Assembly: GCA_965223405.1 (NCBI GenBank)
Contig: CBDCWO010000006.1
Coordinates: 2,904,364 to 2,968,363, forward strand
Origin: Saprospiraceae bacterium
GTDB lineage: Bacteria; Bacteroidota; Bacteroidia; Chitinophagales; Saprospiraceae
Direction of reading: 5' to 3'
Length of the DNA stretch: 64,000 nucleotides
Made by a program: the position numbers and the translations under genes. The first letter of the stretch is position 1; each line of letters begins with the position of its first letter. The notes under the pieces were generated by a model. The model searched no databases, was not told where the DNA came from, and saw only the letters and a program-made list of their open reading frames with translations. Below, in pieces: positions 20,252-28,985 of the stretch.

Positions 20252-20746
20252 ATGAAACCACTTAGATCGATTGGTGTAATATCAATTATTCTATTCTTAG
20301 TCAATTGTACCGCCTACGACTCAGTCGACTTAATGGAACGCAACAAAAAACTTGTCATGAAAATGAATGCTGAAGTGTGGAACAAGGGAAATATTAAAGC
20401 GATTGAAGATTATTTTTCAGTGGACTTTGTACAGCATTTTATACCCGATAATTCTGAGCGTAAAGGCCTCGGTCCATTACGTCAGCATATTATAGATCAT
20501 AGGAAAGCTTTTCCCGATTGGAAAGAAGAAATAATCCATATAGTTGCAGAAAATAATCTTGTGGTTATTCATTTTAAATCGTCGGGAACCAATCTTGGAG
20601 ATTGGATGGGTAAACCCGCAACTGGTAATTACATCAACATTAATGAGTTTTCAATCTTGAGAATTAAAGATGGGAAGATCGTAGAACAATGGTTAATGCC
20701 GGACTTGTTTAATTTGATGGATCAACTTTACAACGAGAAAGAATAA
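20252..20746 (+). CDS. SnoaL-like/ester-cyclase (NTF2-fold) lipoprotein
   Basis: 164 aa with a lipobox LVNC. The EVWNKGN...DYFSVDFVQH pattern is typical of SnoaL-like predicted ester cyclases. Confidence 0.75.
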   Translation: MKPLRSIGVISIILFLVNCTAYDSVDLMERNKKLVMKMNAEVWNKGNIKAIEDYFSVDFVQHFIPDNSERKGLGPLRQHIIDHRKAFPDWKEEIIHIVAENNLVVIHFKSSGTNLGDWMGKPATGNYININEFSILRIKDGKIVEQWLMPDLFNLMDQLYNEKE

Positions 20747-20822
20747 AATTTCTACCATATGTCTAAATTTCTTCCCATAACGTCTTTTTTTTAAAATCAA
20801 AGGTTTAGTAAGTATAGTAATT

Positions 20823-21395
20823 ATGGTTTTGATACTCATCTTGAGTTGTCAATCAGATAATAGTCATCATCTTGAAGAACTACTAAAGGACTACATCCGG
20901 GCCAGCAACAATCATGATATTGAAGCCATGGAAAAAATGACCCATGATAGCATCATCTGGATACTGGGCGCTTATACTTTGAAAGGAAAAGAAGCAGCAC
21001 TGAGCCCTAATTGGTATGATAAAGGGGTTGGAACCTCATTAGAATACCACGTAACCCGTATACAGGAGGATACCATTGAATGTGAGTTTTTTGAGCGAAG
21101 TCCAATTATTTCATCGGTCGGCATGGAGTGTATCAAACAATTTCCCCGGTTTATTTTCCAAAATGGGAAACTAATTAAAAAAGAACCGTGGAAAATATCG
21201 TCCGATCTGGCCAAACTGAACCAACTTTCTGCACCAAAAAGAAAATGGATAAGAGAAAATTACCCGGATGTAATAAAGCAATTAATAGATGCTAATGGAA
21301 ATTTCATTTTTTCAGAGGAAAATGGAAAACTAATGGCGCAAATGTCCAAAGAATGGGAAAAAGCAATGCAATCCCCCAAAAGATCTAACAAATAA
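20823..21395 (+). CDS. Hypothetical NTF2-like lipoprotein
   Basis: 190-aa ORF with a short lipobox LILSC. The N-terminal YIRASNNHDIEAMEKM resembles the SnoaL/NTF2 start. Weak call. Confidence 0.5.
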   Translation: MVLILILSCQSDNSHHLEELLKDYIRASNNHDIEAMEKMTHDSIIWILGAYTLKGKEAALSPNWYDKGVGTSLEYHVTRIQEDTIECEFFERSPIISSVGMECIKQFPRFIFQNGKLIKKEPWKISSDLAKLNQLSAPKRKWIRENYPDVIKQLIDANGNFIFSEENGKLMAQMSKEWEKAMQSPKRSNK

Positions 21396-21492
21396 ATAAA
21401 GCAGCTATAAGTATTACTACGTCTGCCTGCCGCTTTAGGTTGATTCTCGCGATGCCGAAAGGTTAAACATCTGCGATGTTCTTTCTTTGGGG

Positions 21493-21534
21493 GCCTGCTC
21501 GTGATTGTAGTCCAGGAGAGCCATAGACTTTGAT
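21493..21534 (+). repeat. 42-bp conserved block, copy A (relic-associated repeat)
   Basis: gcctgctcgtgattgtagtccaggagagccatagactttgat is 34/42 identical to 24386-24427. One frame of both copies reads PARD[CD]SP.E..TLI.GK. Confidence 0.5.
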
Positions 21535-21537
21535 CGG

Positions 21538-21780
21538 AAAGATTTGAAAACCCCGAATGCCGAAGTGCCGGCAAACACCATTATTATACACGGCGAGTAG
21601 GTTTTGGACATAGCAGTGGTTGATTCTTCCTTATTCGGAACACCGTCCCCTGGACCTGTGGGGGCCTACCAATTCTCCAATAAATCTGTGTTGGTACGCT
21701 TTTATTGCATGAATGCCAGAACCTAATGGAAAATGATCTTTGAAAAAATTGACTTGAGTGCGGGAGTAAATTCAAGTATT
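21538..21780 (+). pseudogene. Fragment of a paralog of the 24671-26464 gene (choice-of-anchor-J-like domain) with in-frame stops
   Basis: It aligns at the DNA level to 25790-26033. Translation DLKTPNAEVPANTIIIHGE*VLDIAVVDSSLFGTPSPGPVGAYQFSNKSVLVRFYCMNART*WKMIFEKIDLSAGVNSSI compares with EGFETTPNAAVPANTIILRNEVFDMSVVDASVFGSAPGPVGAYQLSNKSVLVRFFNMAAGTTSEMIFEKIDLSTRVNSRI. Confidence 0.65.
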
Positions 21781-21896
21781 TTTCACTTTTGGGTAACGTT
21801 TTTAGCGGTCTACTACACGTATTGATAATTCAACTATAGAAGTATTTAATGACCCCTGCAGGTGTAATAGTGCGCTTTGCAAATAAACTAACTATC

Positions 21897-23546
21897 ATGG
21901 CTAAGAAAAAAGAAAGCAAATCACAAAAAGCAGATCTCGAATGGTTTCGATCTTCGGATGACGTACACAAGACCACCATCAGAGGGCTGGTGGACGGCCC
22001 TAGTAAATATGCCTTTGGCGAGAAAGAAATTACCTATTCAATAGTAGATGGAATACCAATTTTTGAAGGAGATATAGCCATAGGACTAGGCAGTTCAGAA
22101 GTTCCTGGGGATGTTCCGGAAGGTGTAGAGTTCGCTGTGGCTATTACCGGACAACAATACCGATGGCCAAATGGGGTTGTCGCTTATACTATTCACTCAA
22201 ATCTTCCAAACAAGGCTAGGGTTACAAATGCAATTGCTGAAATTCAAGCAAATACAAGTATTCGATTTGTCAAAAGAACTTCTGCCAATGCAATGGACTT
22301 TCCCAATTATATAGAGTTTTTTGCCGGTTCGGGCTGCTGGTCGTATGTGGGTATGAGGAGAGGAAAGCAACAGATTTCTTTAGCAGCAGGATGTGGAAAT
22401 GGTTCTACAATCCACGAAATACTTCACGCACTTGGTATGTGGCATGAACAGAGCAGAGAGGATAGAGATAAATTCGTGACCATCAACTGGGATAATATTC
22501 AGGATGGCCGAGAGCACAACTTTAATCAACATATAGTGGATGGTACAGACATTGGCCTTTACGACTATGGATCAATTATGCATTATGGACGATTTGCTTT
22601 TAGTAAAAATGGACTTCCTACCATAGTGCCAAAGGGAGGAAATGCCATCGGACAGCGCAGTGGAATGAGTAATTTTGACATCGCAGGAATCGAAGAATTG
22701 TATCCAGGTACCTGGTTGCAGGGTGCATTTACAATTCAGCAGAAGTCCAATCATCGTTACCTCGATGCTTATGAATCGTCAAATCGGGATTTTGAGGTTG
22801 TTACTCGGAAATCTCAAAATAATAACACACAAAGGTGGGAGTTAACACCAGTTGGCAGGGTATATTCTATTCGACAGGCAAGCACTGGGAGATTTCTTGA
22901 TGCTTACGGGTCTGCATCAAAAGACTTTTCAGCTGTGACGCGAAATGCTCAGAATAATGATACACAGCTTTGGATCGTTACTCATCTCGATAATACACTT
23001 GGTCAATATACTATTCAGCAACTCAATAACGGTCGGTTTCTAGATGCTCATGTTTTTGCCGGAAAAGACTTTGATGTTGTTACCCGAGCTGCCCAATTTA
23101 ATGACACCCAAAATTGGTCACTTATACCCCTCGGTAACAATCGTTTTCACGTCAAACAAATGATCAACAATCAATTTCTTGATGCATGGGAGTCGGCACC
23201 TAAGGATTTCAGAGCCGTGACTAGAACAGCGCAAAACAATGAAAGCCAGGAGTGGATTTTTGTGCCAAAAGGGGCGGTTTACACTATCCAACAGAAGAGT
23301 GGGCTAAGATTTTTAGATGCTCATGAAATTGCTTCTCGAGATTGGAGAGCCGTCACAAGGGGGCCTCAAAACAATGCGACACAGAGATGGGTAATCATGC
23401 CTTACAATGGTACCTCTTTTACTATACAACAAGCGAGTAACGGTAGGTATCTGGACGCTCACGAACATTCCGGTCAGGATTTCAGAAGTGTTACCAGGCC
23501 TAGACAAAATAATAACACCCAGCGATGGATAATCAAGAAAGTATAA
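21897..23546 (+). CDS. Astacin-family (M12A) zinc metalloprotease fused to six ricin-B-type lectin repeats
   Basis: The zinc site HEILHALGMWHEQSREDRD matches HExxHxxGxxHE, with a Met-turn SIMHY. This is followed by six repeats of about 45 aa, each with FLDA and a Q/T-x-W motif (TQRWEL, TQLWIV, TQNWSL, SQEWIF, TQRWVI, TQRWII), consistent with two beta-trefoils. The start is taken at MAKKKESK. The ORF track extends to 21849. Confidence 0.85.
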   Translation: MAKKKESKSQKADLEWFRSSDDVHKTTIRGLVDGPSKYAFGEKEITYSIVDGIPIFEGDIAIGLGSSEVPGDVPEGVEFAVAITGQQYRWPNGVVAYTIHSNLPNKARVTNAIAEIQANTSIRFVKRTSANAMDFPNYIEFFAGSGCWSYVGMRRGKQQISLAAGCGNGSTIHEILHALGMWHEQSREDRDKFVTINWDNIQDGREHNFNQHIVDGTDIGLYDYGSIMHYGRFAFSKNGLPTIVPKGGNAIGQRSGMSNFDIAGIEELYPGTWLQGAFTIQQKSNHRYLDAYESSNRDFEVVTRKSQNNNTQRWELTPVGRVYSIRQASTGRFLDAYGSASKDFSAVTRNAQNNDTQLWIVTHLDNTLGQYTIQQLNNGRFLDAHVFAGKDFDVVTRAAQFNDTQNWSLIPLGNNRFHVKQMINNQFLDAWESAPKDFRAVTRTAQNNESQEWIFVPKGAVYTIQQKSGLRFLDAHEIASRDWRAVTRGPQNNATQRWVIMPYNGTSFTIQQASNGRYLDAHEHSGQDFRSVTRPRQNNNTQRWIIKKV

Positions 23547-23615
23547 CTTGGTGTATACCGAAAATAATATCCTTTGTTAGTCGAAATGAGTTTATATTTT
23601 GCATAAATAGGATAG

Positions 23616-24038
23616 ATGTTGTTATATTCTACAATTATTTATAGCGTTACCTCTGATTTTGATTGGATGATGGAAACTAAAAGGGAACATAAACCTCCCC
23701 TTCTAATCGAGGGGGAACTGTTGATTGAGAAAAGCAGCGCGATTGGAAAATCTGAAGTAAAGATAAGAATCTTGGATATTACACATATTGACAAGAAATC
23801 GATTGTACTGGCTGAGTCAATGGAAGAGCTTATGATTGATAAGGAGCTGACGAAGATACCCTACAAGGTTTTTGGTCCTCCACCAGATCCTTCGTGTAAC
23901 TATATCGTAGTTGCAACTATTTCAGTTGAAACAGAAAAAGGAATTAAAAAGACCCTATACCGTACAACTCAATCAATTCCTGTATTCAGGGGAGGTGAAT
24001 CAAAAAACATTGAAATTCCACTTACGAAAATCGATTAA
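23616..24038 (+). CDS. Small protein with YbaY/YscW-like domain pattern (tentative)
   Basis: 140-aa ORF (likely start MMETK at 23667). VKIRILDITHIDKKSIVLAESME...IPYKVFGPPPDPSCNYIVVATISVE...LYRTTQSIPV resembles the YbaY-type pattern. No signal peptide or lipobox. Confidence 0.45.
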   Translation: MLLYSTIIYSVTSDFDWMMETKREHKPPLLIEGELLIEKSSAIGKSEVKIRILDITHIDKKSIVLAESMEELMIDKELTKIPYKVFGPPPDPSCNYIVVATISVETEKGIKKTLYRTTQSIPVFRGGESKNIEIPLTKID

Positions 24039-24385
24039 TAGCACATCTAAATTGAATTAAAATAGGTCCTTCATAGTTGTGGCGAGAGTCTCCTTAATTG
24101 CATCAGTATTTTTATTTGCCAGAATCGATATTGAAAATTTATTTATTTACCCAAACCTATTTCGTATTTCTACTTTGAACTAAGAAGATCCAATCGGTAT
24201 TTTCACTTCATTCCACCTAGGTGCTATGTCAAAGTTTGAATGACGAGTTGGATTAGAGTGAAGTTTAACTTGGGCTAGGTCCGCGACTCTTATGGAGGAG
24301 CTAACTGCCATTATGCCTGCGTTTTTCGCTCCGTAAAGTCTCCCAAGTCCACGAAAGTCGCAGACTCAAAAGAGTGCCTATTCGA

Positions 24386-24427
24386 GCCTGCTCGTGATGA
24401 TAGTCCACCAGAGTCACGGACCTTGAT
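24386..24427 (+). repeat. 42-bp conserved block, copy B
   Basis: gcctgctcgtgatgatagtccaccagagtcacggaccttgat. See 21493-21534. Confidence 0.5.
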
Positions 24428-24670
24428 AATGGGAAAAATCTCCTTCGTTGGTTCTGTTATTTTGTTGTATCCATCGACCTGAGAAATCCAACTCAATGAG
24501 GTAAAAAACCGCGTGAAGTTTCGACAACTAATATATTATTATTACATTTAATAAGTTAATAGCTCATGATCAGGTTTATATTCTGGATTATGGCATTATT
24601 ATTTTTCGTACTACCATTAAAAAAAGTTTTATGTAAAAAATATCTTTGCACGAAAAACTCTGAAAAACCA

Positions 24671-26464
24671 ATGTTGAAAAAAATTATTTTTACAATAATA
24701 TGTCTTACCACTTTTGGAACCACTTTACTCACCGCTCAGGCTACCAGGAAAGTGATGGTGGAAGAATTTACCAATGCATCCTGTGCCCCATGTGCCGCCC
24801 AAAATCCGACTTTTGACGCATTAATGTTGGCCAATAAGAGTAAAGTTACTCTGTTGAAATATCAAGTTTGGTGGCCCGGATCTGACCCCATGTATGATCA
24901 AAACACGGCAGATGTAAGAGAAAGAACAACTACATATTATGGGGTAAACGCTGTGCCATATGGTATAGTTGATGGTATAAATACAGGTGTTGCTGGTAAT
25001 GTCGACCAAACCCTTATTGACAATGCAGCTGCCATTTCAACCCCTCTTGAAATCAAGTTGGATCATAATCTTACCGTTGCTTTGGATTCCATAAAAATCA
25101 GTTGCACCATCAAAAATGTTGATGTTTCGGCATTTAATCCGGGTAATACGGTTGTGCAAATAGCCATAGTGGAGACCATTAATTTCCCCAGTCCTCCCGG
25201 TACTAATACTGAACAGGACTTTATTCAGGTTATGCGTAAAATGCTACCCAATGCACTGGGTAGTTCCTTGCCGGCAATACCTGCTGGCGATTCAGTAACA
25301 TTCAGTTTTTGTGATTCTATCCCAGACTATATCTATGAATATGGAAAAATAGGCGTTGTTGCTTTTGTCCAGAACAATACGACCAAAGTAGTTTACCAAT
25401 CTGAGCTGAGTGAGCCTAAACTTTTACCATTTCCAAATGATGATGTAGCCGTAGTGAATAGTTCAATTGAGCCTCTGGGGTTTTGTGATTACAACTTCGA
25501 ACCGAGATTAACGATCACTAATGTGAGTGCGACCAACATTACACAGATTGATGCCAGTTACCGTGTTAATGGAGGAATACCGGTATCCATGTTATATACC
25601 AATACACTAACTCCTGCAAATTCTAATGAAATCATTTTTCCTCAGGTAAATCTACCTGGTGGAACTAACATAGTTACTTATGATGTATTAGTAAATGGTC
25701 ATCCCGATCTCAATCGACACAACAATGATCTTGGCCCGCATGAATATCATCTATTGCAAGTTACTCCGGTATTTTCCGGAACATTATCCGAGGGATTTGA
25801 AACAACACCAAATGCCGCAGTGCCTGCAAACACCATTATTTTACGCAATGAGGTTTTCGATATGAGTGTGGTTGATGCTTCGGTCTTTGGTTCAGCACCA
25901 GGTCCAGTGGGAGCCTACCAGTTATCCAACAAGTCTGTGTTGGTGCGCTTTTTTAACATGGCTGCCGGAACCACATCGGAAATGATTTTTGAAAAAATTG
26001 ACTTAAGTACAAGGGTGAATTCGAGAATTACCTTCGACCATGCCTATCGCTCCTATCAAGGAGAAAATGATCGCTTGCAAATTATGGTATCACCTGATTG
26101 TGGAGCCAGTTGGGACATCGTTTATGATGAACAAGGAAGTAGTTTGGCCACACTTCCACCTAGCACGGTCCAATTCATACCAAGCGCTCAGGACTGGACT
26201 TCAGACACCATTGATATTTCTCAATACGATAATGCACCTGAATTGACGATGCGTTTGGTGGCAACTTCTGCTTTTGGAAACAACCTCTTTTTTGACAACC
26301 TTCAGATTTCCAGCGATTCGCTTCCGGCTACGGGCTCAGCTATTCCTACCGTGAGTCAATGGGGGCTTATCCTATTAGTGCTTGGATTTCTAATTTTATC
26401 GGTGGTTGCGATTCATAATCAACAAAGAGCATTATCGCGAATCGAAGATCCGGTTAGACCTTAG
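24671..26464 (+). CDS. Secreted protein: thioredoxin-like/Omp28-related N-terminal region, choice-of-anchor-J-like domain, and IPTL-CTERM-like C-terminal anchor
   Basis: The start is taken at MLKKIIFTIICLTTFGTTLLTAQ (signal peptide). The ORF track starts at 24566. It has EEFTNASCAPCAAQNP, a C-terminal domain GFETTP...RLQIMVSPDCGASW...LFFDNLQISS, and the final IPTVSQWGLILLVLGFLILSVVAIHNQQR. Confidence 0.75.
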   Translation: MLKKIIFTIICLTTFGTTLLTAQATRKVMVEEFTNASCAPCAAQNPTFDALMLANKSKVTLLKYQVWWPGSDPMYDQNTADVRERTTTYYGVNAVPYGIVDGINTGVAGNVDQTLIDNAAAISTPLEIKLDHNLTVALDSIKISCTIKNVDVSAFNPGNTVVQIAIVETINFPSPPGTNTEQDFIQVMRKMLPNALGSSLPAIPAGDSVTFSFCDSIPDYIYEYGKIGVVAFVQNNTTKVVYQSELSEPKLLPFPNDDVAVVNSSIEPLGFCDYNFEPRLTITNVSATNITQIDASYRVNGGIPVSMLYTNTLTPANSNEIIFPQVNLPGGTNIVTYDVLVNGHPDLNRHNNDLGPHEYHLLQVTPVFSGTLSEGFETTPNAAVPANTIILRNEVFDMSVVDASVFGSAPGPVGAYQLSNKSVLVRFFNMAAGTTSEMIFEKIDLSTRVNSRITFDHAYRSYQGENDRLQIMVSPDCGASWDIVYDEQGSSLATLPPSTVQFIPSAQDWTSDTIDISQYDNAPELTMRLVATSAFGNNLFFDNLQISSDSLPATGSAIPTVSQWGLILLVLGFLILSVVAIHNQQRALSRIEDPVRP

Positions 26465-26758
26465 TCCAAGCCTGACTACTTGCAAGGAAAACGGATAACC
26501 ATATAATATGAGCAACACTTAATCGGTTCATATAAGGAAGGCCGCACGGTATTGTAGCTTTTCCGATACCTTGTATGTTGGCTTTTCTGACCGCATGGAC
26601 CATGTAAGTTGCGATTAGAATTATCGCTAATTGCAGCTGAATTCACTAATTGGAATCGGTTACAATTTACTATCTTTCGGTAAGGTCGCAGAATCTTATC
26701 TGATTTTCCATCGCGAACCATACATGAAAGGTAGGCACATTTTGAAAAACTATAAATC

Positions 26759-27745
26759 ATGATATCTAAGTCAAAGAACCAATTAATTTTCATCTTACTC
26801 ACCATGGGATTTTTTTTATTTCCCACCTTTGGAATTACCCAACAAAGTGCAGAGCTTTCAAAAGCAAAATCTTCAGAGTGGGGGCCAGATGATCAGAAGG
26901 GCGCAAAGAATCGAATCACTCCTGAAAAGGTAATTGAAGCAGCAAACCTGATTACTGAAGGAAAGATTTATGAACTTGGTCAAACTTATGAAGAGAGCAT
27001 GCCGACAGGAGGCAGAACTTATACCCTTCATCTGATTAGCCCCCCTCCCATTGATTCAACAAACCAAAACAGATTGGTTGGAAACCTTGATTTTCATGCT
27101 GGAGAATTGGGTCAAATAGGTACTCAATTTGATGCCTTAGGTCATGTTGGTTATAGAAAAGAAACGGAAGATTATTATTACAATGGTTTCACAGGAACTG
27201 AATTGTACTCATCCAAAGGATTAAGGAAATTAGGGGTGGAAAACGCCGGTCCTTTTTTTACAAGGGGTGTTTTAATAGATGTTGCCGGATTTAAAGAAGT
27301 TGAGAGGTTAGAAGCTGGATACGAGATCACTGTGAATGACTTAAAAGGGTCATTACAAAAACAGCAAATTGAGATCAAAGATGGAGACGTAGTTTTGATT
27401 CGTACCGGCCATAGCAAATTATGGAAAGTTGATAATGAGGCTTATTATAGTTGGGCTGGAGGAGAACCTGGAATCGGCACATTGGCTGGTCAATGGTTGG
27501 CTAACCAGAAAGTGGTAATAATAGGTGCTGATAATTTTGGGGTGGAAGTAGTGCCTTTTGCCAAAGCAGACACTAATTGGCCAGTACATTTAATGATGCT
27601 AAAAGAAAATGGAATATATTTATTGGAAAGTCTAAACCTGGAAGAATTATCTAGAGATGCGGTGTATGAATTTACATTTGTGTTTTCTCCACTTCCAATT
27701 AAAGGAGCGACCGGATCGCCGGGAAATCCGATTGCAATAAAGTGA
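26759..27745 (+). CDS. Cyclase-family protein (kynurenine-formamidase-like fold), secreted
   Basis: 328 aa with a signal peptide and the IGTQFDALGHVG motif (the HxGTHxDxPxH-like region of the putative cyclase family). Confidence 0.75.
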   Translation: MISKSKNQLIFILLTMGFFLFPTFGITQQSAELSKAKSSEWGPDDQKGAKNRITPEKVIEAANLITEGKIYELGQTYEESMPTGGRTYTLHLISPPPIDSTNQNRLVGNLDFHAGELGQIGTQFDALGHVGYRKETEDYYYNGFTGTELYSSKGLRKLGVENAGPFFTRGVLIDVAGFKEVERLEAGYEITVNDLKGSLQKQQIEIKDGDVVLIRTGHSKLWKVDNEAYYSWAGGEPGIGTLAGQWLANQKVVIIGADNFGVEVVPFAKADTNWPVHLMMLKENGIYLLESLNLEELSRDAVYEFTFVFSPLPIKGATGSPGNPIAIK

Positions 27746-27837
27746 GCATTTAATATTTAACCATTATCTTTTAACAGACCCTTTATCCATAAAACCTATA
27801 AAATTGGATTGCTAATAAATAAGGAGAAGAATTCAAA

Positions 27838-28266
27838 TTGAAAAATAGTCGACCATATAAAATCCTATGGTGGTCAATGCCGATATTATTTCTACCAATC
27901 GCATTCGGAAGTGATAGCGCTTTCGATTTCCAATTTCATGAGACTTACTTTGTGGTGAGCTCAGTACATCTAGCCATAATATCCACACTATTTTTAGGAA
28001 TTTTAGGAGGAATTTATTGGTTTCTAAGGAAATATAACCTGAAAACCACCCTAAGTATTTTCCATGCAATAGGTACTTCATTCTCCTTAATTGGAATTGG
28101 TTTAATAGCCATCATACAAACTACCTATTGGACTAAAGATCTTGAGTTGTTTAGGTTACTAAATCTAATAGGGGCGATCGTAATCTTGATACTAATAATT
28201 GTACAAATTATATTCATGGCGAATGTAATTAATGGTTTAATTAAGGGAAAAGGGAAAGGCATCTGA
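27838..28266 (+). CDS. Small 4-TM membrane protein resembling a fragment of heme-copper oxidase subunit I
   Basis: 142 aa with a TTG start. FQFHETYFVVSSVHLAIISTLFLGILGGIYWF parallels the Cox1 segment [31 protein letters not shown]. Confidence 0.5.
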   Translation: MKNSRPYKILWWSMPILFLPIAFGSDSAFDFQFHETYFVVSSVHLAIISTLFLGILGGIYWFLRKYNLKTTLSIFHAIGTSFSLIGIGLIAIIQTTYWTKDLELFRLLNLIGAIVILILIIVQIIFMANVINGLIKGKGKGI

Positions 28267-28359
28267 CGCACCGGCGGCCTTGAGGGCAGATGGGCTAGCG
28301 TCAGATCCACCATCTCAAATCCGTCCGTTGTATTAATTGCTGAATAATTAAAAAATTGA

Positions 28360-28788
28360 ATGATGATAAAACTAAACAATGAAATGATTAAAAAGGGATT
28401 TATCCTTTCAGGAATTATGAATATAGGTGGAGTATTAATTCTATCCCGGCTGTTTACGAATGATGTAATACCTGAGGCTGACCCAGTGGTTATGTCAAAT
28501 TTTGGATTACTAATGATTATTGTCTGGGGATTGGTTTTTCTTGCAACGTCCCAAAAATATGAACAATTGAAGTGGCTTGTCGGGGTATTTGTAATTGAGA
28601 AATTTATCTACGGATTGGTATGGGCCAATTGGATCTTAAATAATGACCTTGCTTCCGTCTACAACCAAGATACCATGGCTGGGATTTTCTATACAATCTA
28701 TGGAGTAAACGATTGGTTTTTCTTTTTGTTTTTCCTGATAGTCTTTATCAGACTAGTGAATCCGACCGAGAAGTATATTAGAAAATAG
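28360..28788 (+). CDS. Hypothetical 4-TM membrane protein
   Basis: 142-aa hydrophobic ORF. No motif recognised. Confidence 0.5.
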   Translation: MMIKLNNEMIKKGFILSGIMNIGGVLILSRLFTNDVIPEADPVVMSNFGLLMIIVWGLVFLATSQKYEQLKWLVGVFVIEKFIYGLVWANWILNNDLASVYNQDTMAGIFYTIYGVNDWFFFLFFLIVFIRLVNPTEKYIRK

Positions 28789-28985
28789 ATGATAAGTCAC
28801 CAGTGCCTCAGCGTGCTTTCATACGATGTCGACTTTGCTCAAAAAATCGGTTCACTTTGCGAATTGTAGATCTTTATCATAAAGCGTAATTGTAAATATA
28901 AATGAGCGAATTACTGGCCACCAGGAATCCAGTGAGTTTATTATTCAGAAGAAATGTAATATTTTCTATCTTCGCAACTCAATAA

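Noticed and set aside
26476-26826. 116-aa minus-strand ORF
   Set aside because: It overlaps the start and signal peptide of the well-supported cyclase-family gene. Its composition is Cys- and Arg-rich, like non-coding sequence, and no motif was recognised.
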